Source of the DNA: an uncultured Desulfosarcina sp.
GTDB taxonomy: Bacteria > Desulfobacterota > Desulfobacteria > Desulfobacterales > Desulfosarcinaceae
DNA: 64,000 bases
Direction: 5' to 3'
NCBI GenBank assembly: GCA_963674945.2
Contig: CAXXWQ010000004.1
Location: 544,001 to 608,000, forward strand
How positions within the stretch are numbered: the stretch's first letter is position 1; the number at the start of each line of letters is the position of its first letter. The position numbers were made by a program, and so were the translations under genes. Positions 50,707-61,150 of this stretch are shown here, piece by piece. Under the pieces are notes generated by a model. That model had not been told where the DNA came from, ran no database searches, and saw nothing but the letters and a program-made list of their open reading frames with translations.

Positions 50707-51537
50707 ATGTCCATCGAAAAGTACCGTCATCCATTTCTCTTTTATGGGTTGTCCACGGCAATTCCGTGGGCATTCTGGTTCGCGGCTGCGTACACAAGCC
50801 ATATGACACCGACAAGCGAATTTCTCAGCGCATTGGTCGGCATCCTGGGTGTTACAGGACTGCTCGGGCCGACGGCAATCGCATTCTTTATGATATGGCC
50901 CCACGCAGAGATGCGGGTGGATCTCAAACGCCGCATCATCGGCCTAAAGGGCATTAGACCCGCTTATATCTTCACGACGTGTTTCCTCATGCTTGCCAGC
51001 ATCCTGCTGGCGCAGGCAATCTCCTTGCTTTTCGGTCATAGCGCGGATCAATTTCTTCTTGCCGGCAAGTCTTCGTTCTCTGCCGGCATCTTTCCCGGAT
51101 GGTTCCTGCTCCTCCTTGCACCGCTGGTGGAGGAACTGGCATGGCATTCCTACGGTACGGACTGCCTGCGGCAGCGCATGAATTTGCTGACCACCTCCCT
51201 CCTCTTTGGTCTCTTCTGGGCCCTGTGGCACATGCCGCTTTCGTTCATCAAGGGATATTATCACAGCAACGTGGCGGAAACCGGGCTTCTTTACAGTATC
51301 AACTTCATGGCCAGCCTGATTCCCTATGTCGTATTGATGAACTGGCTGTATTACAAGACGAACCGCAGCATACTCGTGGCGATTGTTTTTCATATTACGG
51401 CGGGATGCTTTAACGAGGTGTTTCGAACACATCCTGACAGCAAGGTCATCCAGACCGTCCTCTTACTTTTGTTGTCCATCATTGTGGTGGTGAAAAATCC
51501 CGATTTCTTTCTGCGGCGAGAATATCGGGAAGGCTGA
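50707..51537 (+). CDS. CPBP (CAAX protease-like) intramembrane metalloprotease
   Basis: EELAW, WALWH, AIVFH motifs. Confidence 0.88.
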   Translation: MSIEKYRHPFLFYGLSTAIPWAFWFAAAYTSHMTPTSEFLSALVGILGVTGLLGPTAIAFFMIWPHAEMRVDLKRRIIGLKGIRPAYIFTTCFLMLASILLAQAISLLFGHSADQFLLAGKSSFSAGIFPGWFLLLLAPLVEELAWHSYGTDCLRQRMNLLTTSLLFGLFWALWHMPLSFIKGYYHSNVAETGLLYSINFMASLIPYVVLMNWLYYKTNRSILVAIVFHITAGCFNEVFRTHPDSKVIQTVLLLLLSIIVVVKNPDFFLRREYREG

Positions 51538-51599
51538 CAATTATGTATCGAAAAGATGCCCAGGATCTGTCAGGAACGATGCGTTAAAACGGGTCCATA

Positions 51600-52157
51600 A
51601 GAGAGGATTGGTGCCGGCTGCGTAAGTATCCTGTCCGCCTTTGCCGTCGCCGCCCAGGCAGATGCAAAAGAACTCAATTCAGGTGAGTTGCACAGGTACC
51701 TGGCCGAGGCGGTCTGGTTCCCGACCGCTCTTTTGCCTCAGTCCGGCGTCGTATGGCGTCCCATCGGAAATACCTCCGCATTGGCCACACTCTCTAAAAA
51801 ATGGCATAACGAATTAAAGAAACATCCGAAGCGATCCGTATTCTCGACCAGACACCGCACTCCTTGTTCTGGGACTACGACGCGATCGGATACATATGCA
51901 TGGGGCTGGCGACGTTGTTTGCCATTCCGGCATTACACGAGGTGGGTTTTGAAAGATGGGTGAGAGTCTCCTTTATCGCCCACTTTTTAGTGACACCGCT
52001 GATCGGCATCGTCTATTTTTATCCGACGTTTACGCAAAATTTGCTGTTTCTCGGATTGTCCTGGGCAATCACGGCACCTCTTTTTATGGTGCTGCTCGCA
52101 ATCTTGCTGCGCAGAAGACATTCATTAGCCAAAGCATCACCAAATTCATCGAAGTGA
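51600..52157 (+). pseudogene. Two fused gene fragments (DUF6544-like piece, then membrane-protein C-terminus)
   Basis: ELHRYLAEAVWFPTALLP without start, abutting HSLFWDYDAIGYICMGLATLF. Confidence 0.55.
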
Positions 52158-52445
52158 GGGACCGGCTCGAGATCGACGGGATCCGGAGGGTCATTTTCGA
52201 TAAGAACACGCCGGGCTTCATCTTGCTTTAGATCGGTTCCGGTGAGAAAGCCAATCAGTGCACCGGCCTCCCCTTCATGTACCCAATGTCCGCTGCCTAT
52301 CGGGCATTGTCAAATATGCAACCCGTATTCGGGGAGACCACATATTCTACCTGATTACCATCTCCATCAACAACACGCCGGAATGGATCCTTTCCGGAAA
52401 ACCCCTTCTGGCGGCCGTCGATGAAGTCGTTCTTCCCTGCATTCA
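52151..52445 (+). pseudogene. Degenerate partial duplicate of the MscS-family gene
   Basis: Nucleotide similarity to 46818-47112 (gatcggttccggtgagaaa, cacctgattac, gaagtcgttc blocks) with in-frame stop. Confidence 0.85.
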
Positions 52446-53122
52446 GCCTGGTCATACCGCTGACCGTATTTTCCAATCGGAGGCGGTTTGTCGGATCCAT
52501 GTTAATAAAACCGGAATGAACGCTGTTTTTGTTCTCGAACAAATCACCTCGCGGTGTCGAAAAAAGAATCCCGATAACTTCCCCTCTGTCGTTGAACCAT
52601 ACGCGGCTCATTTGTGTCGGCGTGCAGAACAGCAAGTCTAATTCTTCATTTATGGTCATGCCTGCAATGAGTGGGTGTTCGCGATCTTGAAACCCATTGC
52701 GCATCTCCTTTCGGCAAACGGGATTGTTGCAGGCCAAAAAGCCGATCGTTAAAATAACGATTGACAGGATTTGAAGGAAAACGAATCTGTTTTTCATGAT
52801 TACGGCCCTCCGTTTTTCGTTGAACGCTACTCGCCTCTCCGGATAATCTGAGGGAGCATTGGTACCCGTCGTAATGACGGAAGTTGAGGGCTTTTGAAAA
52901 TCAACCGCTAGCACAGAAAATCGATCGGTGTAAAACAAGAATACGGCACTATCCTTATTGGATTTCACCATTCTTTGAAGGTCTTCGGACAGCGTGTGCT
53001 GTTCGCTGGTAACTCATTTATTTATACTGCCGGCAGTCAGGGGAAACAATATGCAGAACTGCGTATTTATGACCGGTTATGTGGATACTAATACCCATGT
53101 AAAAACGGATTGTCCCATGATT

Positions 53123-53356
53123 TCAGCGAAGATGGGATTGGTTTGATCTCGATATGGAATCGACGATGTCATGGACGTTTTGTTGGAAAACATCCCATCC
53201 ATGATCGTATAGCGTGTGGATCCAGGATACGCAGATGTCGCCGAGTCCGCCGGCACGGGCGGAAATGGTGTGGCCTCCCGGTCTTATCCCCCGGGAGACG
53301 GCGGTCACTTCCGGCGTGACGATCAGCAGCCGAGGTGAGCGATTGTGAGCAGCCAA
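53123..53356 (-). pseudogene. Glycogen/starch synthase N-terminal remnant
   Basis: PRLLIVTPEV...ARAGGLGDI....L...GWDV then loss of frame. Confidence 0.65.
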
Positions 53357-53451
53357 TTATTCTTCCTCCCCACCCACCACAATCCGTCATGGGATCAGTC
53401 AGACGAGGGGTGTCTCAGCGGATCGAACGGGTGCTCTTTGTCCCAATACCC

Positions 53452-53823
53452 CTATTCCAGATACCGCAGCCCCATTCCGTAGCGAAAGGTTTCTTCTTCA
53501 ACCAGTGCCTGTTGCCATTTGACTTCCGCCAGGCAGATGGACCGCGGCTGATCCTGAATGGTCGTATCCGGCGATGCTGGTGAATAGCGTAAAACCCGCA
53601 TAAAAATAATGGCACCGGGTCGAAACGGCAGGAGCGTCTCGATATACGACCCTTCCATGGAAAAGTTACGCATGATGCCTTCCACCGACCGCCCGCCATC
53701 GCCACTGGTGTGGTGTCGACAAGTGACGATGGCTTCGGTGGGGATGCGCGAGGCAGCGCGTCTTCTCTGTTTGGATGGTGGGTTCTTTCTCATGACTGCA
53801 TCCTGGTGTTTCATTACGATCAC
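53452..53823 (-). CDS. PilZ-domain protein
   Basis: RRAASR, RNFSMEG, AEVKW, YGMGLRY. Confidence 0.8.
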   Translation of the reverse strand: MIVMKHQDAVMRKNPPSKQRRRAASRIPTEAIVTCRHHTSGDGGRSVEGIMRNFSMEGSYIETLLPFRPGAIIFMRVLRYSPASPDTTIQDQPRSICLAEVKWQQALVEEETFRYGMGLRYLE

Positions 53824-53898
53824 AAACCCTTGCTTTATGGCCTGCCCCTGCCGATCCGAAGGCGCGGAGCGAAAGTCGAACGATCGTTTGACGACCGG

Positions 53899-54360
53899 TC
53901 AAACGGTTTTAATAGCGATCTTTTTGGGCTCGGACACCAGGGTTTTCGTGAAAACAAGATTCAACACACCTTTCTTATAGGTTGCGTCGATCTTTTCCGG
54001 GTCAACGTCTGCGGGTAGTTCCACCATACGGGTGAACGATCCATAGAGCCGCTCCACCCGGTGGACGTTATCGTCCTTCTCCTCTTTCTCCTGCTTCTTC
54101 TCACCGCTGATGGTCAGCGTCCTGCGGTCCAGTTTCACGTCGATGTCTTCAATCTCACATCCCGGAACTTCCGCCTTCACCGTGATCGATTCCTTGCCCT
54201 CCACCACATCCACACGGGGCGCCCAATTTCCCTGGCCGAAGAGGCTTCGGGACAATGGTACATCCATATCGAAAAAACGGTTGAAAAGGTTATCGATCTC
54301 GTCCCTGAAGCTTACCAGTTCCCTTCCACCCCTTCGTCTGTGGGGCATTAGATCAAACAT
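53899..54360 (-). CDS. Hsp20/alpha-crystallin small heat-shock protein
   Basis: PRVDV.E, AEVPG, ERLYGSFTR..LP, ATYKKGVL. Confidence 0.93.
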   Translation of the reverse strand: MFDLMPHRRRGGRELVSFRDEIDNLFNRFFDMDVPLSRSLFGQGNWAPRVDVVEGKESITVKAEVPGCEIEDIDVKLDRRTLTISGEKKQEKEEKDDNVHRVERLYGSFTRMVELPADVDPEKIDATYKKGVLNLVFTKTLVSEPKKIAIKTV

Positions 54361-54429
54361 GGGTGTTCCTCCTCTTGCGTCGGTTTTTATGGTTATGCAA
54401 ATCGGGTGAACGACATTCGATTTTTCCCA

Positions 54430-54738
54430 TCAAAGGCGGATGACCGAATTGTGCCCATCCCCATAGGGTGTCGGCAACGCGTCATCGGCATCCGGATCAT
54501 TGGCCCAGTGGGACGGCCCCAACAGATAGCGAAACTGGTACGCCTGCCCTACGGGCAGTTCCAAAGTGGTGCTGAAGGCCCCATTCTTAAAGTGACGCAT
54601 GGGAGTGGCCGAGGTCGACCAGTCGTTGAACTCGCCCACGACGTGGGCATTGTCGAATTTATTGCCCAATATCTCGGATATCGTAAAGGTCACTTTGCAT
54701 GTCGGCCGGCTTTTTAAATACTGTTTGCGAATCCCCAT
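54430..54738 (-). CDS. Isoamylase early-set / CBM48-like glycogen-binding protein
   Basis: CKVTF, VVGEFNDW, YQFRYL, W.NDPDAD, NSVI. Confidence 0.85.
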   Translation of the reverse strand: MGIRKQYLKSRPTCKVTFTISEILGNKFDNAHVVGEFNDWSTSATPMRHFKNGAFSTTLELPVGQAYQFRYLLGPSHWANDPDADDALPTPYGDGHNSVIRL

Positions 54739-54858
54739 GGTTTTGCCTCCAAACGATGTTCCTGGTGATAATCAATATTCTTCTTGCGATTTTATAAATT
54801 CATCAATCTGTGGCGATTCTTTTATACAAACCGGTCTTTGATCAACTAAAGTCGATCA

Positions 54859-55134
54859 CTACTCCTGAAAGACCCCGCTGAAACAGCCGGTCACCTCAAT
54901 GTCCATCCTGCGGTTTGCCAGCTTCGCAATGCGTGGCAGGGTTACCGACAAACCAAAGCGATTGATCATTCGCAACCCATCCGTATCGATGGCAACTTTG
55001 GTGGCATTTTTTGCGCTTTGGTCCAAGACATGGAGCAGTTCACAGGCGGACGACGCATCAAAATCGCCAAACAGTTGGATGGCTAAGGATTGGTCGCCTC
55101 TTGTTTTGGCGTGGATACGAAAATTTTTCGCCAT
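54859..55134 (-). CDS. Small STAS-like protein
   Basis: GGAGG RBS; L.GDFDASSACEL, IDTDGL..I..FG. Confidence 0.6.
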   Translation of the reverse strand: MAKNFRIHAKTRGDQSLAIQLFGDFDASSACELLHVLDQSAKNATKVAIDTDGLRMINRFGLSVTLPRIAKLANRRMDIEVTGCFSGVFQE

Positions 55135-55373
55135 TGATTCACCTCCGGGCAGATGGCAGCACTGCACTTTTTCGATTGATTGAATCGAAAAGGCTTCGTA
55201 GGTATGAAGTATCTTAAAAAGTCCCTTGTACTTTCGGTACTACTTCCCGTCTCGGGGATTCGATGTTCGTTTTCTTGCCGTCGATAGCGTTGTTAACAGA
55301 ATTTGTTTTTGATCAGCGGTAAAAGAGTTTTCGGTGGGGCCGATCTTTTCTACCTATGTATTTTTGATAACCT

Positions 55374-57829
55374 CAGGAAACTTGATTTCCTAATTGTTGC
55401 ATATGGCAAGCAAAACATAATGTAAGTGGTTGAAAAACAGAAAGATAGGAGTCTGAATCCAGCAGGCCGGTAAGGTATTGCAACCGGAAAATGAACATGG
55501 CACCTTTAACCTTATTATCTTGGCGGATAAATGAAAGGAAAAGGATGCCATGCCTCAACAGATACTACCACTTATTCCTCGCGGTGCAAGACAAATCAAC
55601 GGGCTTGTCAGTGTATTTCGTGACGATACGACCTGGACCTATTTTCTATCGACCGTTCCGATTTATTCTCACAGACAAGGCGATCAACGAATGTTTCGGA
55701 TGATAACAGCCCAACTGGTTGAATCCGGAGCTTGCCGCCAGATCGATATCCAAAACACATTCGGCGTATCCAAGAGCAATGTCATCCGATCCGTGAACAA
55801 ACTCAGGTCCGGCGGCGCCGAGGCATTTTTCGTTCAGCGGCGGGGACGACGCGGCGGCAAGGTTTTCAAACCTGAGGTGCTTGAACAAGCCCAACGTTTA
55901 CTGGATCAAGGGTGCTCGAAAAAAGATGCCGCCCTGGAACTTGGCATTAAATACGATACGTTTCGCAAAGCTATAGATGATGGTCGGTTAATCGAATCAA
56001 GGATTGGTGAACCGTGTCTAACCAAATCAGATCGGGACATGGTCGACATGGCTGCTGCCGATGGTATGGGGACGGCTTGCAACCGAGTCGGGGAACGCAT
56101 ATTGGCATCATTGGGCAAAATGGTTGGTGCGCCGGTTCGTTTTGACAGATGCCTGGACGTTCCCAAAGCAGGCGTTCTTTGTGCGATACCGTCATTGGTG
56201 GCAAACGGGTTGTTTACCGGCGCAAAACAGTTCCTCGGCCAAGTCAAAGGCTATTACACGATCTTTCATGTCTTGTTGCTGCTTTCGTTTATGGCCTTAT
56301 GCAGGATCAAGACGACAGAAAAAATACGAGGCCATGCTCCGGGAGAATTTGGTAAGTTATTGGGCTTGGATCGTGCACCGGAGGTTCGCTGTTTGCGTTA
56401 CAAGATGGATGCGTTGAGCGCAGACCACGGCGCGGAAAAGTGGGCCGCATACCTCGGTAAATACTGGATGGAACAGGCGCCCGAATCGGTTGGCGCGCTT
56501 TATGTTGACGGGCATGTACGTGTTTATCATGGAAAATTGACCCGACTACCGCGCCGCTACGTGTCCCGGGAACGATTGTGCATGAGGGGCATTACCGACT
56601 ATTGGGTTAACGATGCGATTGGCCGACCTTTTTTTGTCGTCGAAAAGCAGATCGATCCTGGATTATTGGCGGTTTTAAGAGACGATATCGTTCCCCGGTT
56701 GTTGCAAGACGTTCCGAATCAACCCGGTTTGCAGCAACTACAAGAGAACCCATGTTTATGCCGGTTCGTTCTTGTTTTCGACAGGGAAGGATATAGTCCC
56801 GCATTCTTCAAGGAAATGTGGGATCGCCATCGAATCGGCTGCATGACGTATCATAAGCATCCTGGTGAATCATGGCCGGAGCATTGGTTCACCGAGTATG
56901 AAGTTGCGATGCCAAACAAAGAGGTGGTGAAGATGCGGCTTTGCGAAATGGGTAGTTTGGTGGGATCTGGTAAGGGTGCAACATGGATGCGACAAGTGCG
57001 AAAACTGACCGATTCCGGACACCAGACCAGCGTAATCAGCACCGCTTTCGATTTGCCGCATACTCAATTGGCAGCACGCATGTTCAGCCGGTGGTGTCAG
57101 GAAAACTTTTTCAACTATATGATGCAACATTTTGATATCGATGTGCTTTTAGATTATGGTGTCGTTGAATTTCCTGATACCGAACGGGTAATCAACCCCG
57201 TTTGGCGGCAATTGAATCAATCCCGTAATTCGTTGCAGAACAAGCTACGATATCGTCGTGCCTGTTTTGCCGAGATGACCATTCACCCTGAAAATGAAGA
57301 CAAACCGGTAAAGTTTAAGAAGTGGATAGAGAAAAAGGCCGAGCTGTTAGAAGAAATCGAAAAGATGGAGTATCAACTCAGCGAGTTGAAAGAAAAACGA
57401 AAACAGACAAGTAAACACATCACGTGGGGAGAACTTGAAGCAAAAGATAAATTTTTACGTTTACAACCGGGCAGAAAACGCCTGATGGACACGGTTCGTA
57501 TGATTGCATATCGTGCAGAGACGGCAATGGTTGGGTTGCTCACGGGTCCGACGGTAAACTCGTCGGATGCACGGAGTCTTCTCCAGACACTGTTCCAGAC
57601 CGAAGGCGATGTACTGCCCGATATTGAAAATCAGCAATTGAATATACGATTGCACGGCGCTTCGTTCCCAGCGGCCAATCGGGCTCTTTGCCAACTGTTT
57701 GCGCATCTGAACAGTGCGCAGGTAAAATACCCCGGTACCGAGCTGCAAATGATATTCGAACTAAATGGCTGCAGCACCTCAAATCATGCCGGAGGTGTCA
57801 CATAGTTTTCCCGGAGATGCAGTGTTCTG
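55374..57829 (+). mobile_element. Insertion sequence, 2456 bp, copy 2
   Basis: Inverted copy of 25554-28009; flanks AACCT / AAGAT do not match. Confidence 0.92.
55550..57805 (+). CDS. Large DDE-type transposase, copy 2
   Basis: 751 aa; differs from copy 1 at one residue seen (FTEY vs FTEH). Confidence 0.88.
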   Translation: MPQQILPLIPRGARQINGLVSVFRDDTTWTYFLSTVPIYSHRQGDQRMFRMITAQLVESGACRQIDIQNTFGVSKSNVIRSVNKLRSGGAEAFFVQRRGRRGGKVFKPEVLEQAQRLLDQGCSKKDAALELGIKYDTFRKAIDDGRLIESRIGEPCLTKSDRDMVDMAAADGMGTACNRVGERILASLGKMVGAPVRFDRCLDVPKAGVLCAIPSLVANGLFTGAKQFLGQVKGYYTIFHVLLLLSFMALCRIKTTEKIRGHAPGEFGKLLGLDRAPEVRCLRYKMDALSADHGAEKWAAYLGKYWMEQAPESVGALYVDGHVRVYHGKLTRLPRRYVSRERLCMRGITDYWVNDAIGRPFFVVEKQIDPGLLAVLRDDIVPRLLQDVPNQPGLQQLQENPCLCRFVLVFDREGYSPAFFKEMWDRHRIGCMTYHKHPGESWPEHWFTEYEVAMPNKEVVKMRLCEMGSLVGSGKGATWMRQVRKLTDSGHQTSVISTAFDLPHTQLAARMFSRWCQENFFNYMMQHFDIDVLLDYGVVEFPDTERVINPVWRQLNQSRNSLQNKLRYRRACFAEMTIHPENEDKPVKFKKWIEKKAELLEEIEKMEYQLSELKEKRKQTSKHITWGELEAKDKFLRLQPGRKRLMDTVRMIAYRAETAMVGLLTGPTVNSSDARSLLQTLFQTEGDVLPDIENQQLNIRLHGASFPAANRALCQLFAHLNSAQVKYPGTELQMIFELNGCSTSNHAGGVT

Positions 57830-57926
57830 AAGATGGCGTAACGCTCAAAAGCACGGCATCCCGCATGGAGCATAAAAAAGAGATCACGATTGCGAGGAGA
57901 AAAAAGCCAGCCAGAAGTGTAATCAT
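57830..57926 (-). pseudogene. CNNM/DUF21 (hemolysin-CBS family) N-terminal stub cut by IS
   Basis: MITLLAGFFLLAIVISFLCSMRDAVLLSVTPS ends at IS terminus. Confidence 0.7.
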
Positions 57927-58089
57927 CGTTTTCCCTTTCGTACTTTCGTTGGACAATAGAAATCGATATTGATGAGAAGATGGCAACGAATGCGGATTGT
58001 CCCATCGTTCTTATGCTTGGCTTGCGAACAACTGATTCGATTAAAAGTCCGGAAATTTGGAATGCGGGCGGCTGTCGAAGTTGGGCTTG

Positions 58090-58770
58090 TCAAAGAGAAT
58101 GCAAATCGAAATGCTCGGATCGAACCTCTTCACCCGGCGCCACGATCACGAAGTCATCATCCCATTCCGTTTCCATAAACTTCTTTAAAAATTGATTCGA
58201 ACCGGGAATTTCTTCATAATTCAGATCAAAAAGATCGGCGACCATTTTGGCGTATTTCCGGTCCGATTCGAGACTCGATTGGTGATTGCCAGAATCAATA
58301 TACGCCAGCCGCGTATAATTCTTGATAACCATTTTCGCGACACGCATGGCCTTTTTTTCATCGTATCTCTTTTTCATCGCACAATATTCCGTATATGGAT
58401 CCTGGCCGGATTCGATCCACCCTCTGGACAGATAAAAAGTGCCGGGCGCCTGTTTCATTTGGCGCAAATATTCATCACAAGAGCCCAACAGCAGGGCGAT
58501 ACAATCATAGGTTTTCGGAAATACCATTTTCGCCGTATTCGATTTCAAACCAATAACCGAATTGCCGCACAATCCATAGCCAAACAAAATTACATCCACT
58601 TGATCAGACGTTGCGTCGATCTCGGCCTGCAATTGAGCGTGGAGACTCTTTGGTACATTATGCAACCCATACTCCAACATGGTCATTTCAAAATTTTCGG
58701 GCAGTATCGATTTGAGTTCCTCGCCTACGGTCTGGCATGCGATGATTTTAATCCGAGAATCCGCTCTCAT
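58090..58770 (-). CDS. DUF1638-domain protein
   Basis: IIAC, GLHN.P..L, GYGLCGN, DCIALLLGS, TFYLS.GW. Confidence 0.85.
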   Translation of the reverse strand: MRADSRIKIIACQTVGEELKSILPENFEMTMLEYGLHNVPKSLHAQLQAEIDATSDQVDVILFGYGLCGNSVIGLKSNTAKMVFPKTYDCIALLLGSCDEYLRQMKQAPGTFYLSRGWIESGQDPYTEYCAMKKRYDEKKAMRVAKMVIKNYTRLAYIDSGNHQSSLESDRKYAKMVADLFDLNYEEIPGSNQFLKKFMETEWDDDFVIVAPGEEVRSEHFDLHSL

Positions 58771-58831
58771 TTTGTACAGGTCCTTTGCAAAGATTCTATG
58801 TTAGATCATTCAGGGGTGATTTTACCTCATT

Positions 58832-61150
58832 TTACGGGACTCCGGCCAGTGAAAAAGGAGCCCAGTAGTAGGGATGATGATACTGATTTTTAATATGAAG
58901 CTGGGCCGTCCGTAAAGCATGTAGCATACCTTTTTGGGGAATATTTTCGTAGAATTTCACCATCAGGTCTTTGGTCGCTTTGTCATCCACTTTCCATAAG
59001 CTGGTAACGATGGTGCTTGCCCCCGCATAGAAAAATCCACGTGTAAAACCGACAACATCATCTCCACCGGCGATTTTCCCGAGACCTGTTTCGCATGCAC
59101 TTAAGGTCACCAAGCCTGCATTGAATTTCAGTGAATAGAGTTCTCCCACCGTTAGAACCCCATCATTTTGATTATCCGGGGCGAGAAGCAATGCAGACTC
59201 TAATGGTTTACCATCGTTAAAAGCACCATGGCTGGCAAAATGAAGGATGTTATACTTGGCGGCATTCTGTTTTATATACGTTTCGGTGGCGTCAGTTCTC
59301 AGCAGAACGGTTGGATTCTGAAATTTTTTGGATATGGAAACCGCTTCATGCTGTGTGAATACGAGATCGTATTCTGGATTTTTGAGGTCCGGATTACCCA
59401 AAATCAAAGCCCTTGCATCATTTGAGATCTCTCTTTCTTTCAAATAGATAAGAACCGTGGCGCTGGGGAGAATCCTCGTTTCATATCGCTGGATTAAATA
59501 TCCACCTCCATCATTTAGCGCAGAGAAAGGAAGATAGTGCAGCCGCCCATGAGGAACGATCGTAAGCTGCCTTCCAGAGATGAAATCACCGGCGGGCTCA
59601 ATAAGTTGGCTGTAGAGTTTATAGCTCCAGCGGAGGTATTCAGAGGAGTCAGGGGTGACCAAGGATTTTCGGAAAAGAGAAATATTTCTGTAAAGGTCAT
59701 TCAAAGGCGTCTTAATCGCCTGGATGTTTTTTTGATCGAGTATGAATACAATAAGATCTCTCTCGCTTGTATAGTACTCGATTAACGTTTCATCATTTTT
59801 GATGAGCGCTTGAATTGCCGCTACGGGTGTTTTGTTTACGCTGACGAGAGATGCAAGTTCTGGATCTATATTGGACAGAGAATTGTTAAGGTTGACAATA
59901 ATACCCCGATGCTTTCTCTGGCTTGTTTTTTCCCCGGGCAATGGTGTTGCTTCGAGCTTTTGCAGCCGATGAATGATCGCATTCGCATTTTCGGAGTTGG
60001 TCGTCCTAGCGGCAAACGTTTTTTGAGAAGCAAGAAGATCAACCAGGGATCTCGCTTTGGCTCGCTCGACTGTTTCAAAGGCTTGTTCGGTCAATCCTTT
60101 TTGCAAAAAAAGTTCCGTCAATTCCTGATAAATGGTTTGTTTGTCACCAACAAACCCTATCCGCCCGGTATCCGTATCAATGGTGGATCTTTGGCGTTCA
60201 ATCACATCCATTGCCTTTATTAATATTTCGATTGCCAGATCCGGATCATTTTGGTGTCTGGCAATACGTGCCCGATCATGAAGAATGACCCAGTGCATAC
60301 CTCCCAATTCTTCGATTCGGGGGTGATTCAGCAACTTGTCATATCCAAGTGCCGCTTCAGACAGTCTTCCAATCTCGTAAAGGCACTTTGTGCGGATGAA
60401 ATACTTCGGAACATCCTGAAAGCTTGCGTCATAGCGCAACACTTCGTCTTGGTCGACCTTGGCATTGGGATTATCAATGGCCGCTAACGCTTTGGCATAA
60501 TTTCGGGCCGACAGGTAAATCTTGCTAATGCCGATATATTTTTCCGGGCCGATGACGCTGTTGGCAATGCTTACATGTGAAATTTCCCCGGCATCTTGTT
60601 CGGCTTTTGGAATATTGCCTGTCAGGGCAAAGGCGATTCCCCTGGATGTCAATAAATGGATCAGTTGGTACCGGTAAAAGGACTGGTTGTTCCGACCTTC
60701 ACGATGCAACAATGCATACCCACGATTTGCATCATTAAGCGCATCGGAAAAATTTCCCAGATCTAATTTTGCTCTTGCTCCGATCATGATCGGAGTAACC
60801 GCAATATCCTTTCCATGATGCTTGCTGTCCCCTGCCCCGATCTTTTCTTCCAATACGGTGAGTTCCGTGAACAAGCGATCATAAATTTTAAGCGCATAGA
60901 GGGATTCACACAGCCACATTTGCTCCCAGGCGGTAAGTCGTACCCCCCTGCCCTTTTTCCGATCCAGAAAATTCACTAACTCTTTAAAGTTGTTGGATTG
61001 TGCAAGGACACCGATATGAAGATCATCATTGCTGGGCATTCCACTACCACTGCCGGAAACGTTATGGTGTTGGAGAGATTGTGGTCCACAGGAAATTAGC
61101 AACAGACATCCAGATATGATTACTACGATTCTCCGTAATGTCATCTCCAT
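58832..61150 (-). CDS. TPR + CHAT (caspase-like) domain lipoprotein
   Basis: Lipobox LLISC; ERAKARSL, IVPHGRLHYLPF, LHFASHG, LSACETG, SLWKVDD, PYYWAPF. Confidence 0.9.
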   Translation of the reverse strand: MEMTLRRIVVIISGCLLLISCGPQSLQHHNVSGSGSGMPSNDDLHIGVLAQSNNFKELVNFLDRKKGRGVRLTAWEQMWLCESLYALKIYDRLFTELTVLEEKIGAGDSKHHGKDIAVTPIMIGARAKLDLGNFSDALNDANRGYALLHREGRNNQSFYRYQLIHLLTSRGIAFALTGNIPKAEQDAGEISHVSIANSVIGPEKYIGISKIYLSARNYAKALAAIDNPNAKVDQDEVLRYDASFQDVPKYFIRTKCLYEIGRLSEAALGYDKLLNHPRIEELGGMHWVILHDRARIARHQNDPDLAIEILIKAMDVIERQRSTIDTDTGRIGFVGDKQTIYQELTELFLQKGLTEQAFETVERAKARSLVDLLASQKTFAARTTNSENANAIIHRLQKLEATPLPGEKTSQRKHRGIIVNLNNSLSNIDPELASLVSVNKTPVAAIQALIKNDETLIEYYTSERDLIVFILDQKNIQAIKTPLNDLYRNISLFRKSLVTPDSSEYLRWSYKLYSQLIEPAGDFISGRQLTIVPHGRLHYLPFSALNDGGGYLIQRYETRILPSATVLIYLKEREISNDARALILGNPDLKNPEYDLVFTQHEAVSISKKFQNPTVLLRTDATETYIKQNAAKYNILHFASHGAFNDGKPLESALLLAPDNQNDGVLTVGELYSLKFNAGLVTLSACETGLGKIAGGDDVVGFTRGFFYAGASTIVTSLWKVDDKATKDLMVKFYENIPQKGMLHALRTAQLHIKNQYHHPYYWAPFSLAGVP

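Noticed and set aside
52297..52971. 224-aa minus-strand ORF as one gene
   Set aside because: Its C-terminal part is antisense to the mscS remnant; at most a short lipoprotein-like stub near 52640-52797
25554..57829. Past inversion between the two IS copies
   Set aside because: Copy 1 retains matching ACATT duplications; an inversion would have swapped inner flanks
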